Assembly (NCBI GenBank): GCA_963422395.1
Contig: OY729431.1
Span: 160,001 to 224,000, forward strand
DNA length: 64,000 bases
Direction: 5' to 3'
From: Vicinamibacteria bacterium
GTDB lineage: Bacteria > Acidobacteriota > Vicinamibacteria > Marinacidobacterales > Marinacidobacteraceae
The notes beneath the pieces were generated by a model, which saw nothing but the letters and a program-made list of their open reading frames with translations, was not told the origin of the DNA and made no database searches. The position numbers and the translations under genes are program-made. Shown here piece by piece: positions 27,101 through 35,109 of the stretch (positions are counted from its first letter, which is position 1; every line of letters begins with the position of its first letter).

Positions 27101-27805
27101 ATGAAGGATCGCCGGGTGCTCGACTCCGGGGCGCGGATGCGCCTCGAGGTTCTGATCGAAGGCCGGGACGCGGTCACGAGCTCCGAGGCGGCCCGGCTGC
27201 TTTCGCCGCCGCTCACGAAGAGCAAACAGGTCGCGGTGGGGAAGTTCTTCGCCGGCCTGGGATGGGCGGCCCATCGCTGCCGCGGGGAGGCCGGAGTGGG
27301 CCAGAAGACCATCTACCAGAGGTCTGGAAACCGCCGCCCCGGGCAGCGCTTCGAGCACTCCCTCACCCCCACCGAGGGCGAACGGCTGCTCGCGCTGCTC
27401 GAAGGCCGGGAGGTGATCCCGGTGGCCGAGATCGTGGCCGCGCTCGGAGGGGGCCGCTCCCACGGGCGGATGACCGCCATCGGACGCTTCCTGAATCGCC
27501 GCGGCTGGACCTCGATGCGCAACAGCGGCGCGACGGCGGGCCGGGACCGCTACCGGCGGGTGCGGTACGACCAGATCGAGGCGGTCGTGGACTTCGCCGC
27601 CAGCCGCCAGCCGGCGAGTGTCCGGATCTCGGAGATCGAGAACCACTTGCGGGCGGCTTTCCCCGGGCAGCCGATCCTCGCCCGGTACCGGATCGGCATG
27701 TTGATGCCGAAGCTGGGCTACCGGCGGTGGAAGCGGAGGGCCCGAGAGGGCCAGGGGAAGGAGGAGTCGGTCTATCAGCGCGCGGCGCCGGCTTCGCTGC
27801 GATGA
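27101..27805 (+). CDS. Protein with three tandem winged-helix-like repeats (putative DNA/origin-binding)
   Basis: Repeats AVGKFFAGLGW..R....TIYQR, AIGRFLNRRGW..R....RYRR, RIGMLMPKLGY..KR....SVYQR. Confidence 0.62.
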   Translation: MKDRRVLDSGARMRLEVLIEGRDAVTSSEAARLLSPPLTKSKQVAVGKFFAGLGWAAHRCRGEAGVGQKTIYQRSGNRRPGQRFEHSLTPTEGERLLALLEGREVIPVAEIVAALGGGRSHGRMTAIGRFLNRRGWTSMRNSGATAGRDRYRRVRYDQIEAVVDFAASRQPASVRISEIENHLRAAFPGQPILARYRIGMLMPKLGYRRWKRRAREGQGKEESVYQRAAPASLR

Positions 27806-28182
27806 CGGCGCTGGCGGCGCGGCGCTGGATCGAGGCGAACCGCGCTCTGGTCCAGGCGCCCCCGGGGACGGTCTGGCGCGAGCTGGCGACCGGCGAGTTC
27901 CGCTGCGAGGTCGAGGGGGAGACCTGCTGCCCGGCGGGGGTGGCGATCCTCCGATACTGCGGGGAAGAAGAAGAGGCCGAAGACGGTCCCCAGCACCAGC
28001 CCCTCGACCTGCAGGTGCCGGATCCGGAAGAGATGAGCCGGCGCCTCGACGGGCTCGACCTGGCGGCGGCGCAGGCGCTGGCCGTCGCCGGCGACAACGA
28101 GCGAAACGACCCTCGGTTCAGCGTCGAGCTGCGGAAGGCGCTCCGCCGCGCTCTGGGCGAGGTCCTCCCGTTCCAGCCGTGA
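27802..28182 (+). CDS. Hypothetical phage protein
   Basis: ATGA overlap; MTALAARRWIEANR...CCPAGVA...; C-terminal DNER module shared with 23866-24252. Confidence 0.65.
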   Translation: MTALAARRWIEANRALVQAPPGTVWRELATGEFRCEVEGETCCPAGVAILRYCGEEEEAEDGPQHQPLDLQVPDPEEMSRRLDGLDLAAAQALAVAGDNERNDPRFSVELRKALRRALGEVLPFQP

Positions 28183-28301
28183 GTTGCTCCATGGCGAACG
28201 ACCTCGAGAGCGGCTTCTTCTCGGCGGCGGTCCGGGGCGCGCTCCGCTGCGCCCTGGCCCTGACGCCGGCGGCGCAGCAGCTGCCCCCTCGGTAGCAGCC
28301 G

Positions 28302-28541
28302 GTGGACGAAGGCACCCCGACAGCGGAGGTGCTCGTCTTCCTCGATTGGAATCCCGGGGACCGGGTCTGGACCGCGTGGCGCGTCCAGTCGGGGCAGCTG
28401 TACGGGGAACGGATCGCCGCCGCCCCCTCGGTGGTGGAAGTGATCGCGCGGGCCCGCGCCTGGGCGAACGAGCACCGCCTCCGTATCGAGCGGACCCTCA
28501 TCGAGGCGGGGTGGGCTCCGGTGTTCCTCGAGGGGCCGTAG
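28302..28541 (+). CDS. Hypothetical phage protein
   Basis: 79-aa ORF with host-like codon usage, in the operon. Confidence 0.5.
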   Translation: MDEGTPTAEVLVFLDWNPGDRVWTAWRVQSGQLYGERIAAAPSVVEVIARARAWANEHRLRIERTLIEAGWAPVFLEGP

Positions 28542-28553
28542 GCCGCCGGGCAG

Positions 28554-28889
28554 ATGGTGATCGACCTGGGCTACCCCACGCTCGCGCAGAACTGGATCTA
28601 CGCCTGGGCCGGCGGCGGCCCGGGAGACCCACTGCCGCCGGGACTCCCGGACACTCCCAGCGAATACCCGGATGGAAACGGGGCCGCGAAGCGCTACGAG
28701 TTCGCCGACGGCTCCGCTGTGATCCGTGACGCTTTCGGGGCGAACGACTGGGAGCTGGGCATCCACCGGGAGCAGCTGGAGGCCAGCCGAGAGCGAATCG
28801 AAGCAGAGAACGAATCGGTTGCCGAAGCGGCGCCGGTGTACTTCGAGGAGCAGCTGGCGGTTCCGCCGGGGACGCCGATCTGCCGATGA
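28554..28889 (+). CDS. Hypothetical phage protein
   Basis: 111-aa acidic ORF; ATGA overlap with the next gene. Confidence 0.55.
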   Translation: MVIDLGYPTLAQNWIYAWAGGGPGDPLPPGLPDTPSEYPDGNGAAKRYEFADGSAVIRDAFGANDWELGIHREQLEASRERIEAENESVAEAAPVYFEEQLAVPPGTPICR

Positions 28890-29134
28890 GCGTTCTTCGA
28901 CATCTCTGCCCTGCCTGCGGCGCCCGGCTTCGGGTGAGCCGCCGCCGGGGCCGGCAGGAAGGCAGATGCAGCGGCTACCGCGGGCGGGGGCCGCTTCCAG
29001 CGATGAACGGCAGCGGCGGGCGCGATCCCGACAAGTGGGGCCGATCCTGCGGGCGCGATTTCGACCACACGGCGGACGGGTGGGTCGAGCGGAAACCCGA
29101 GCCTGCCGTTTTCTGGATGCCGGGGCCGCGCTGA
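28886..29134 (+). CDS. Small zinc-ribbon-like protein
   Basis: CPACG...C...CGRDF; last gene of the rightward early operon. Confidence 0.5.
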   Translation: MSVLRHLCPACGARLRVSRRRGRQEGRCSGYRGRGPLPAMNGSGGRDPDKWGRSCGRDFDHTADGWVERKPEPAVFWMPGPR

Positions 29135-29504
29135 CGGAGCTGCTGACGGGCCGCTGACGGCCTTCCGGCGCCGGGGGGTGGTCGGAGGGGCCGGGGGAGA
29201 GCGCGGCGCGGTCTGGGGCGCCTTCTGGGCGCTCCTGGGGGTAGGGAACGGGCGTCCGATGCTTCCGGTGCCGGTCCAGCGGTGAGGTCTCCGGCGGCGA
29301 GAGGTTCGGCGGGGATCGGGTTTCCGGTTCGGTTCGCTCTTTTCGGATCGCCTCGGAGTTTGGAGTCGGGCCGTTTTCGCGGCTGCAGCGCGGATTTCCC
29401 GACTCTGATTTTTTCTTCTTCTTGGGTTTTTTCTGGATTGGATTTCGGTTTTCGCCGGGTTCCGCAGTTGCTCGGTTTGCCTCCCCTTCCTACCTTCTTC
29501 ATGG

Positions 29505-29920
29505 GTACGCGCGCGTACGCGTACGCGCGAGGCCAAGTCGTTGACTGATTTATGGAAAGGGGAGGGCCGGTGTGTACGCGAAATTCATACCTATCGATTT
29601 ACACCGGCCCTCCCCCCCGGTAAGTCATTGAAAAATGGGGGGGGGGGGGGGGGGCGGCCGGTGTCGTTCGAGATCTCGAACCCGTTCTGAAGACACCGGC
29701 CCTCCCCCTGAAAACCGCGCCGGGTCAAGGAGTTCCGGCTTCGAATGGGCCAGGGGAGGGCCGGTGTCTCTGTTCGAGCGCCGGATCCGTCAACAGGTTT
29801 TCAACAGGTTTTCAACAGTCTGGAAGGTAGTTTTCAACAAAATGTTGAACTTCTATTCAGCATTCCATTTTTTCAAGGAGATCACTACTCACTATTTGAG
29901 TGATTCCTTAGGATTTTGGC
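29505..29920. repeat. Putative prophage replication origin (alternating iterons, palindromes, TTTTCAACA boxes, AT-rich tract)
   Basis: Five copies of GGGGAGGGCCGGTGT in +,-,+,-,+ orientation (third copy degenerate); 20-bp and 16-bp perfect palindromes; TTTTCAACA x3; between convergent operons. Confidence 0.65.
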
Positions 29921-30021
29921 GACTTCCCGCCGCGGAAGAAGGGGGCCAGTGCCAGGCAGAGGAGCGCCGCCAGCCAGAGGGCGCCGTAGAGGATCGCCCC
30001 GGCCAGCGCTTCCGGGTTCAG
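29908..30021 (-). CDS. Small single-TM peptide (37 aa, probable CTG start)
   Basis: (M)NPEALAGAILYGALWLAALLCLALAPFFRGGKSPKS; CTGA overlap with the upstream stop. Confidence 0.4.
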   Translation of the reverse strand: MNPEALAGAILYGALWLAALLCLALAPFFRGGKSPKS

Positions 30022-30857
30022 AAAAGCAGGCGGGCGGCGCGACCGAGGTCGAGGGTGACCCCGATCCCGCAGTGCCAGCCGCTCTCGGGGCCGCCGAAGC
30101 TGCGGGCGCAGGTGGGGCCGACGGCGAAGGGGAAGCGGGCCCGAGCGGCGGCTCTCGCGGCTTCTTCGACCGCCGCCTCGGCGGCGCGTCCGAAGTCGGC
30201 AGCGCGCGCTTCGGCGAGGTCGGCGCGGCGCTCGGCTGCAGCCCGCGCGAAGGCCTGGGCGTCGTGCGCCTGCCGCAGCTCGTCGAGCGCCTCGCGGAGC
30301 GCCGCTTCCCGGCGCTCCTGGACCTCCCGCCGCAGTTCGAGCTCGTAGGCGTAGTTGCGCAGCGCGTCGAGGTCGCGTTCGGCGCGTTCGAGCCGCAGCC
30401 GGAGTTCCCCGGGGGGCAGCGATTCGGGCTCGGGGGGCTCCGGCGCTTCCGGCTCGGGGGGCTTCGGCCAGTGCGCGCTCGGGGACTCCGGGAGCGGCGG
30501 CAGGAAGAACTCGCCCGCCAGCAGCTGCTCCAGCTCTTCCGCGCGGCGCAGGTGCTGTTCGGCCTCGTCGCGGAAGCCGTCGGCCTCGGCGCGGGCGTAG
30601 CGGATGTCGGCCCGGTAGCGGGCGTGGGCCAGATCGTCCAGCAGCCCGGAAGCGCCCGTCGGCGCCCCGGCGGCGGGGCGCCGGCCGCGGGCGGTCCAGC
30701 CGGCGGCGGCCCCGGTTCCGGCCGCGGCCAGGGCCAGCCAGAGGGCGGGCCGGCGCAGCGCGGGCGCCAGCCAGGCGGCGGTCAGCCGGACCAGCCGCCA
30801 GCCGGCAGAGAGCGCGGCGGTGATGACGGCGGAAAGGACTGCGGAGACGACGGCCAA
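30018..30857 (-). CDS. Membrane-anchored coiled-coil protein, putative spanin-like lysis protein
   Basis: N-terminal hydrophobic segments, long coiled coil split by a Pro/Glu linker, C-terminal beta-like segment FAVGPTC...WHCGIGVTLDL. Confidence 0.5.
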   Translation of the reverse strand: MAVVSAVLSAVITAALSAGWRLVRLTAAWLAPALRRPALWLALAAAGTGAAAGWTARGRRPAAGAPTGASGLLDDLAHARYRADIRYARAEADGFRDEAEQHLRRAEELEQLLAGEFFLPPLPESPSAHWPKPPEPEAPEPPEPESLPPGELRLRLERAERDLDALRNYAYELELRREVQERREAALREALDELRQAHDAQAFARAAAERRADLAEARAADFGRAAEAAVEEAARAAARARFPFAVGPTCARSFGGPESGWHCGIGVTLDLGRAARLLF

Positions 30858-31164
30858 ATGAGGACGGCCCCCGAAAAGGGGCGGCGGCGGGCGGGGGGAA
30901 AGGGGGGAATCGCTGGGTGAGCCGGCCCCCGAGTGTGGAGAACCGAACGCTTCCGGCCGAATCGCAGACAGCGGCCCTTGATCCCGATTCCAGGCGCTCG
31001 ACGCCCCGAAGGGTAACCGGAGGAATTCCGGCGAACGGCCTCTTCAGCGACTGGCCGGGCGGGTAGCGAGCGGCTGGTCGGCGATCACTTTCCCTCGGTT
31101 CGTGTTCCACAACCTGGGTTGTCGTGCACAGGTGATCGGTGAACGGCGCCGGTGGGCGTTCCGA

Positions 31165-31596
31165 TCAGGGCTTTTCGATCAGGGAGTCTCGATCGGGCGG
31201 GGACCCCCCGGCGCCCGCGGTCTCGTTCACCGAGACGCCCCGCGCCCAGGCTTCGGCGAAGAGGTCGGCGGCGGTTCGGCGGTTCTGCTCGGCAGCGCCC
31301 GCTTCGGCGGGGAGGAAGTCGGCCAGTTCGGGCGCTTCGCCGCCGCTTCCGCTGAAGACGCGGGAGACCAGCCAGGGGGTGAGCGCCAGCATCCGGTGCA
31401 GGATGGCGGGGCCGAAGGGGGCGGCTCGCCAGTGCTGGATCCAGTCGTCGAGCCAGCGCGCCGGCCAGCGGCTTTCCAGGATGTCGGGGTGCGGCGCCCC
31501 GACCGCGAGCGCTAGCTGGTGGAGGAAGTAGCGCTCGCCGGAGCGGGTCGCGCGCGCCGCTTCGACTTCGCTCGCGGCTTCGCCGCCGGTGCGTTT
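31165..31596 (-). CDS. Tail assembly chaperone T domain (expressed as a G-T fusion by -1 frameshift)
   Basis: The -1 frame after the A8 run is open: RYFLHQLALAVGAPHPDILESRWPARWLDDWIQHWRAAPFG...ELADFLP, like lambdoid gpT. Confidence 0.75.
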   Translation of the reverse strand, partial: KRTGGEAASEVEAARATRSGERYFLHQLALAVGAPHPDILESRWPARWLDDWIQHWRAAPFGPAILHRMLALTPWLVSRVFSGSGGEAPELADFLPAEAGAAEQNRRTAADLFAEAWARGVSVNETAGAGGSPPDRDSLIEKP

Positions 31597-32081
31597 TTTT
31601 TCGACCCGGGATCGTCGGGGCCGGTCTCGGGGCCGGCGGCGGCCGCAGCCGCCTCGGAGAGGCCGAGCGCGTCGGCCACCGCCCCTTCGGCGAGCAGCCC
31701 GGCGGCGGTTTCGAGGGTCTGGTGCAGGTCGTCGGCGCAGAGGAGTCCGCCCGCCTGTTCGCGGGTCAGGCCGAGCGGCCGGCCTTCCTCGTCGATGGCC
31801 AGCAGGACCGCGATGTCGAGCATCGACTGCACCAGCTGTTCAGCGCTGGCGGTCTCGGGACGGGTGTCGGCGGCGGCGGTCTCGCGGGGGGCGGCGTAGC
31901 CGGCCATGCGGATCTGGAGCAGCGAGCGCTCGACGCGGGTCGGCTCGCGCACCCGGAGCAGGCGGCCGTCCACCGTCGGGAGGTCCACCCAGGCGAAGTT
32001 CCGCACTTCCTTCGGGGTGAGGTCGGCGCGGCCCACCACCAGGGGCGGCGGCCCCGGTGCGGCGCTGCTGCTGCTGCTCAC
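31512..32081 (-). CDS. Tail assembly chaperone (gpG-like)
   Basis: VDLPTVDGRLLRVREPTRVER, LLAIDEEGRPL, ends near SKKN encoded by TCG AAA AAA AAC. Confidence 0.78.
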   Translation of the reverse strand: MSSSSSAAPGPPPLVVGRADLTPKEVRNFAWVDLPTVDGRLLRVREPTRVERSLLQIRMAGYAAPRETAAADTRPETASAEQLVQSMLDIAVLLAIDEEGRPLGLTREQAGGLLCADDLHQTLETAAGLLAEGAVADALGLSEAAAAAAGPETGPDDPGSKKNAPAAKPRAKSKRRARPAPASATSSTS

Positions 32082-33052
32082 GCCGCCGCTGCGACCCCGG
32101 CCTCGACGAAGGAGAAAGCCAGCCCGACCGCGCCGTGCTCGTCGTAACGGCAGCGCACCTCGGAGCGGTCGCGCGGGGCCATGGCGACCATCGCTTCCAT
32201 CGCCGGCGCCACCGGCTCGCCGGGCTTCGGGACCGGCACCCGCGCCGGAGCGACCCGGATCCGGCGGCGGCTCGCCGCGTCCTCGACCGCGAGGTAGCAG
32301 CGGTCGCCGATATAGAGGGTGTCCCCGGTGCGGAGGATGGGGTCCGGCAGGTGCTCGGCCCCCTGGATTTCGACGGAGAGGATGCCGTCGGACGGCAGCG
32401 CGACCGCCTTCACCACCTCGACCTGGTGGTGTTTCGCGCTGCCGTCCATTTGCGAGGCGGCAGCGGCCCCGCCGCCGGCCAGCGTCACTTCGGTCCGGCA
32501 GCGAATGAGCCGGCCGCCCCTTCCAGCGACCGTTACCGTGAGCGTCGAGCTCCCGCCGGCCTTCCAGTAGAGCCAGAGCGAGCGGTTCGCCCCCGAGCCG
32601 TACACCGGATCCAACTTGAGAACCTGGTCGTTCGAGGCGGCGGCGGTGACCGAGTCTGCGTTCGCCACCTCCAAGTGCAGCCGCTTCCGGCCGTTCCTGG
32701 GGAGGTGGATCGTCGCCGGGAGGCCGGTGCAGGACACTGCGAGCGGGTCGCGGCTCGCTTCATCTTCGGCGCCGAACCGGCCGAGGCTGCCGCGCACTCC
32801 GGCGCCGTGCACGAGCGGGGTGACCGGGATGCGGAAGAAGACGCCGGCGTGGCGGAGCCGGGCGGCGAAGGCGAGGATGGCGGCGGCCTGGTCGCGGTTG
32901 CGCCGGGGCGCGATGTTCAGCGTGCCGCCCCAGTTCCAGGCGGGGATCTGCGTCTCGACGAGGCGCCCTCCCTCGGTCTGGAGGAGGCGGGTCGTCCCGG
33001 GGAGGTCGATTTCCAGATCGCGGACGGAAACCGGAAGATCGAGGGTGGCCAC
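32078..33052 (-). CDS. Distal tail (Dit-like) protein with an inserted Ig-like domain
   Basis: N-terminal QT..G...WGGTL...ILAFAARLR..GVFFRIP; C-terminal LRTGDTLYIG...RIRVAP...LAFSFVEA; insert homologous to the tail-tip repeats. Confidence 0.68.
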   Translation of the reverse strand: MATLDLPVSVRDLEIDLPGTTRLLQTEGGRLVETQIPAWNWGGTLNIAPRRNRDQAAAILAFAARLRHAGVFFRIPVTPLVHGAGVRGSLGRFGAEDEASRDPLAVSCTGLPATIHLPRNGRKRLHLEVANADSVTAAASNDQVLKLDPVYGSGANRSLWLYWKAGGSSTLTVTVAGRGGRLIRCRTEVTLAGGGAAAASQMDGSAKHHQVEVVKAVALPSDGILSVEIQGAEHLPDPILRTGDTLYIGDRCYLAVEDAASRRRIRVAPARVPVPKPGEPVAPAMEAMVAMAPRDRSEVRCRYDEHGAVGLAFSFVEAGVAAAA

Positions 33053-33074
33053 GGTGCGGGAGGGGGTAAGTGTT

Positions 33075-33653
33075 TCACTCGGCGGGAGGGCCTTCGCCTC
33101 CGGGGAGGGTCCAGGCGCCTTCGTCGTCCTCGATACGGCACACCGCCCCGCGCCTTTCCAGGGTGCGGAGGCGGGAACGCGCCGCCGGCGCGGAGAGTCC
33201 GAGCGCGGCGGCGACTTCGCCGGCAGTGCGGGGCCCGGCGGCCAGCTCCGCCAGCACCGCGCGCTGGGCCGGGGTGAGCGAAACGAGCCGCGGGCCGAGG
33301 GGGGCTTCGTCGAGCGGGGGCGCTTCGGCCGGCGATGGAGCGGCTTCGGCCGGGGGCGGCGGGAAGAGCGCGGCGAGGGCTCGGCTTCGGCGCGGGAAGA
33401 AGTCGGGGACGGCGAAGAAGTCGAGGTCGCGGCTCATCAGGAGCGCGTAGGCGCGGGTGCGGTGGCCGGAGCGAGCGGCGCGGGCGGCCGGGCCGAAGAC
33501 GGCGGTGCGCTGGTTTTCCGGGGCGGCGGCGGCGATCTCGGTCAGGCGCGCTGCCGCCGGGCTCAACCGGCGCCGGCGCTTCGGCTTCGAGGGTGGAGTC
33601 GGCGAAACCTTCGGCGGAGCCGGTGCCGCCTGCTTCTCGGGAGAGCCGCCCAT
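33075..33653 (-). CDS. Winged-HTH transcription regulator (ArsR/MarR-like C-terminal domain)
   Basis: LTPAQRAVLAELAAGPRTAGEVAAALGLSAPAARSRLRTLERRGAV. Confidence 0.75.
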   Translation of the reverse strand: MGGSPEKQAAPAPPKVSPTPPSKPKRRRRLSPAAARLTEIAAAAPENQRTAVFGPAARAARSGHRTRAYALLMSRDLDFFAVPDFFPRRSRALAALFPPPPAEAAPSPAEAPPLDEAPLGPRLVSLTPAQRAVLAELAAGPRTAGEVAAALGLSAPAARSRLRTLERRGAVCRIEDDEGAWTLPGGEGPPAE

Positions 33654-33907
33654 CGTCGGCAGAATTTGGCCGGTCCCGGCGCGTCTCGCCGGCGCCCGGC
33701 GATTCCGGGGCGGCCCGGAGGAAATGCGCGCCTTCGGCTCGAACCCGCGAATCCTGGGGGATCGCCGGGAAAAACGAGGCCCGGAAGCGCGCGTAGAACG
33801 GCGTTTCGGGCCGCGGCCCTACCCGTGCTGCCCGGCGAATTCGGAGGCCGTTCAGGAGGCCGGTCGCATTCCGATCGCCCGGGACGGATTCCGGGATCGG
33901 AGGGTGC

Positions 33908-34600
33908 TCAGAAACCCGCGTAGTGCGGCGCGGCGGCGAAGATGCGGCGGATGTAGCGGCGGGTCTCGGTGCAGTGGCGGGCGGCGCGGAGGCAGTTCGC
34001 CTCGTCCTCGATGTGCTCGAACCAGTGCCGCCGGTCGCATTCGCCGCGGCTTCCGCAGCGGCGGGCCTCGCGGAGCATCCAGCCGTAGCCGGCGTTGTAG
34101 CTGCCGAGGGCGAGAGCGAGCGCGGCGGCAGCGTCGGCGGTGCGGGGGCGCCAGAGCGTCTCCCAGCGCTTCAGCAGCCGGCACTGCGCCGCCACTGCCC
34201 AGCGCGGATCGAGTGGGCCGCCCCAGTCGGCGAGCTCGGGATACCAGCGGCGCAGGTCGGCGGCCGTCGGGGCGGTGATCTGGGCGAGGCCGCGGGCGAG
34301 GCCGGAGTCGGCCGCCGGGTTCCCGGAGGACTCCGCCATCATCTGGGCGGCGAGGAATGCCCGCCCCGAGGCGCTGAAGCCGCAGCGCTTCCCTTCGCGC
34401 CGGATCAGCTCGCGCCAGCGGAGCGCCCGGCCCGGCGGCGGCCCTTCGAGGAGCGACGCACCGGCGGCGGGGTTCGGGGGGGCGGCGGGGGGCCGAAGGA
34501 GGGGAGCTGCCGCTGCCGCCGTGACCGCGAGGGCGAGCCCGGCGCCCAGGAGGGCGGCGAGGCCCCGCGCCTGGAGGCCCCGCGCCTGGTTGCCGCTCAG
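33908..34600 (-). CDS. Endolysin, SLT lytic transglycosylase with an N-terminal hydrophobic segment (probable CTG start)
   Basis: AAQMMAESSGNPAA, ARGLAQITAPTA, ALGSYNAGYGW, ETRRYIRRI; frame open up to the CTGA overlap at 34600. Confidence 0.85.
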   Translation of the reverse strand: MSGNQARGLQARGLAALLGAGLALAVTAAAAAPLLRPPAAPPNPAAGASLLEGPPPGRALRWRELIRREGKRCGFSASGRAFLAAQMMAESSGNPAADSGLARGLAQITAPTAADLRRWYPELADWGGPLDPRWAVAAQCRLLKRWETLWRPRTADAAAALALALGSYNAGYGWMLREARRCGSRGECDRRHWFEHIEDEANCLRAARHCTETRRYIRRIFAAAPHYAGF

Positions 34601-35109
34601 CGGAAGGTGACCCCGATCTCGATGGCGGCCCGCCGCTCGGTGACGGAACGCGCGCCCGAGACGACGACCATGGTCTCGCCCTGGTGGCGGACCTCGATGT
34701 CGCTGCCGGCGAGCGGAGGATGCGCGGCGGCGCCGGTCGCGGTCCAGGGGTCGGGGGACGGGCGCCGCCAGTCGCTCGCCGTCAGCCGGAGCATCACGAA
34801 GTCGGTGAGATGGTCGAGCAGCTCGGCATCGCCTTCGGCGGCAGCGAAGGTCAGGCCCAGGCGCACCCGCGCACCCTCCGGCTCTTCGTCCACTCCGTCG
34901 AGGGTGGCCACCGCGTAGGGGGTTCGCGCCGACTCCGGCGCCGCACCCCGGAACACTGCGGGCGGTGCGGGCGGCGGCAGCCGGCCGTTACGGCTCGCAT
35001 CGGAGTCGCCGGCGTCCGGCGCCGCCGCTTCGAGGCGTGCTTCCCGGAGCGCGTCCATGGCGAGGTAGCGGCAGGCGTCGAGCGCCCGCACCCCGATCGA
35101 GGCGATCAC
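34597..35109 (-). CDS. Putative tail terminator/completion protein
   Basis: VFRGAAPESARTPYAV motif; about 170 aa; coupled (GTGA) to the head-closure gene. Confidence 0.55.
   Translation of the reverse strand: MIASIGVRALDACRYLAMDALREARLEAAAPDAGDSDASRNGRLPPPAPPAVFRGAAPESARTPYAVATLDGVDEEPEGARVRLGLTFAAAEGDAELLDHLTDFVMLRLTASDWRRPSPDPWTATGAAAHPPLAGSDIEVRHQGETMVVVSGARSVTERRAAIEIGVTFR

Noticed and set aside
28191-28295. 34-aa ORF MANDLESGFFSAAVRG...
   Set aside because: Plausible operon filler but too short and without motif support
29637-29654. G18 run as a phase-variation switch
   Set aside because: Non-coding, replaces part of an iteron, and homopolymer length is unreliable without reads
29559-29767. 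Iterons, or the 40311-40572 repeats, as a CRISPR array
   Set aside because: Alternating orientation or spacing over 100 bp, short repeats, and no cas genes
33075-33653. Calling this ORF the small terminase
   Set aside because: Only a C-terminal ArsR/MarR-like winged HTH is recognisable, with no P27-type TerS helical motifs; kept as a regulator
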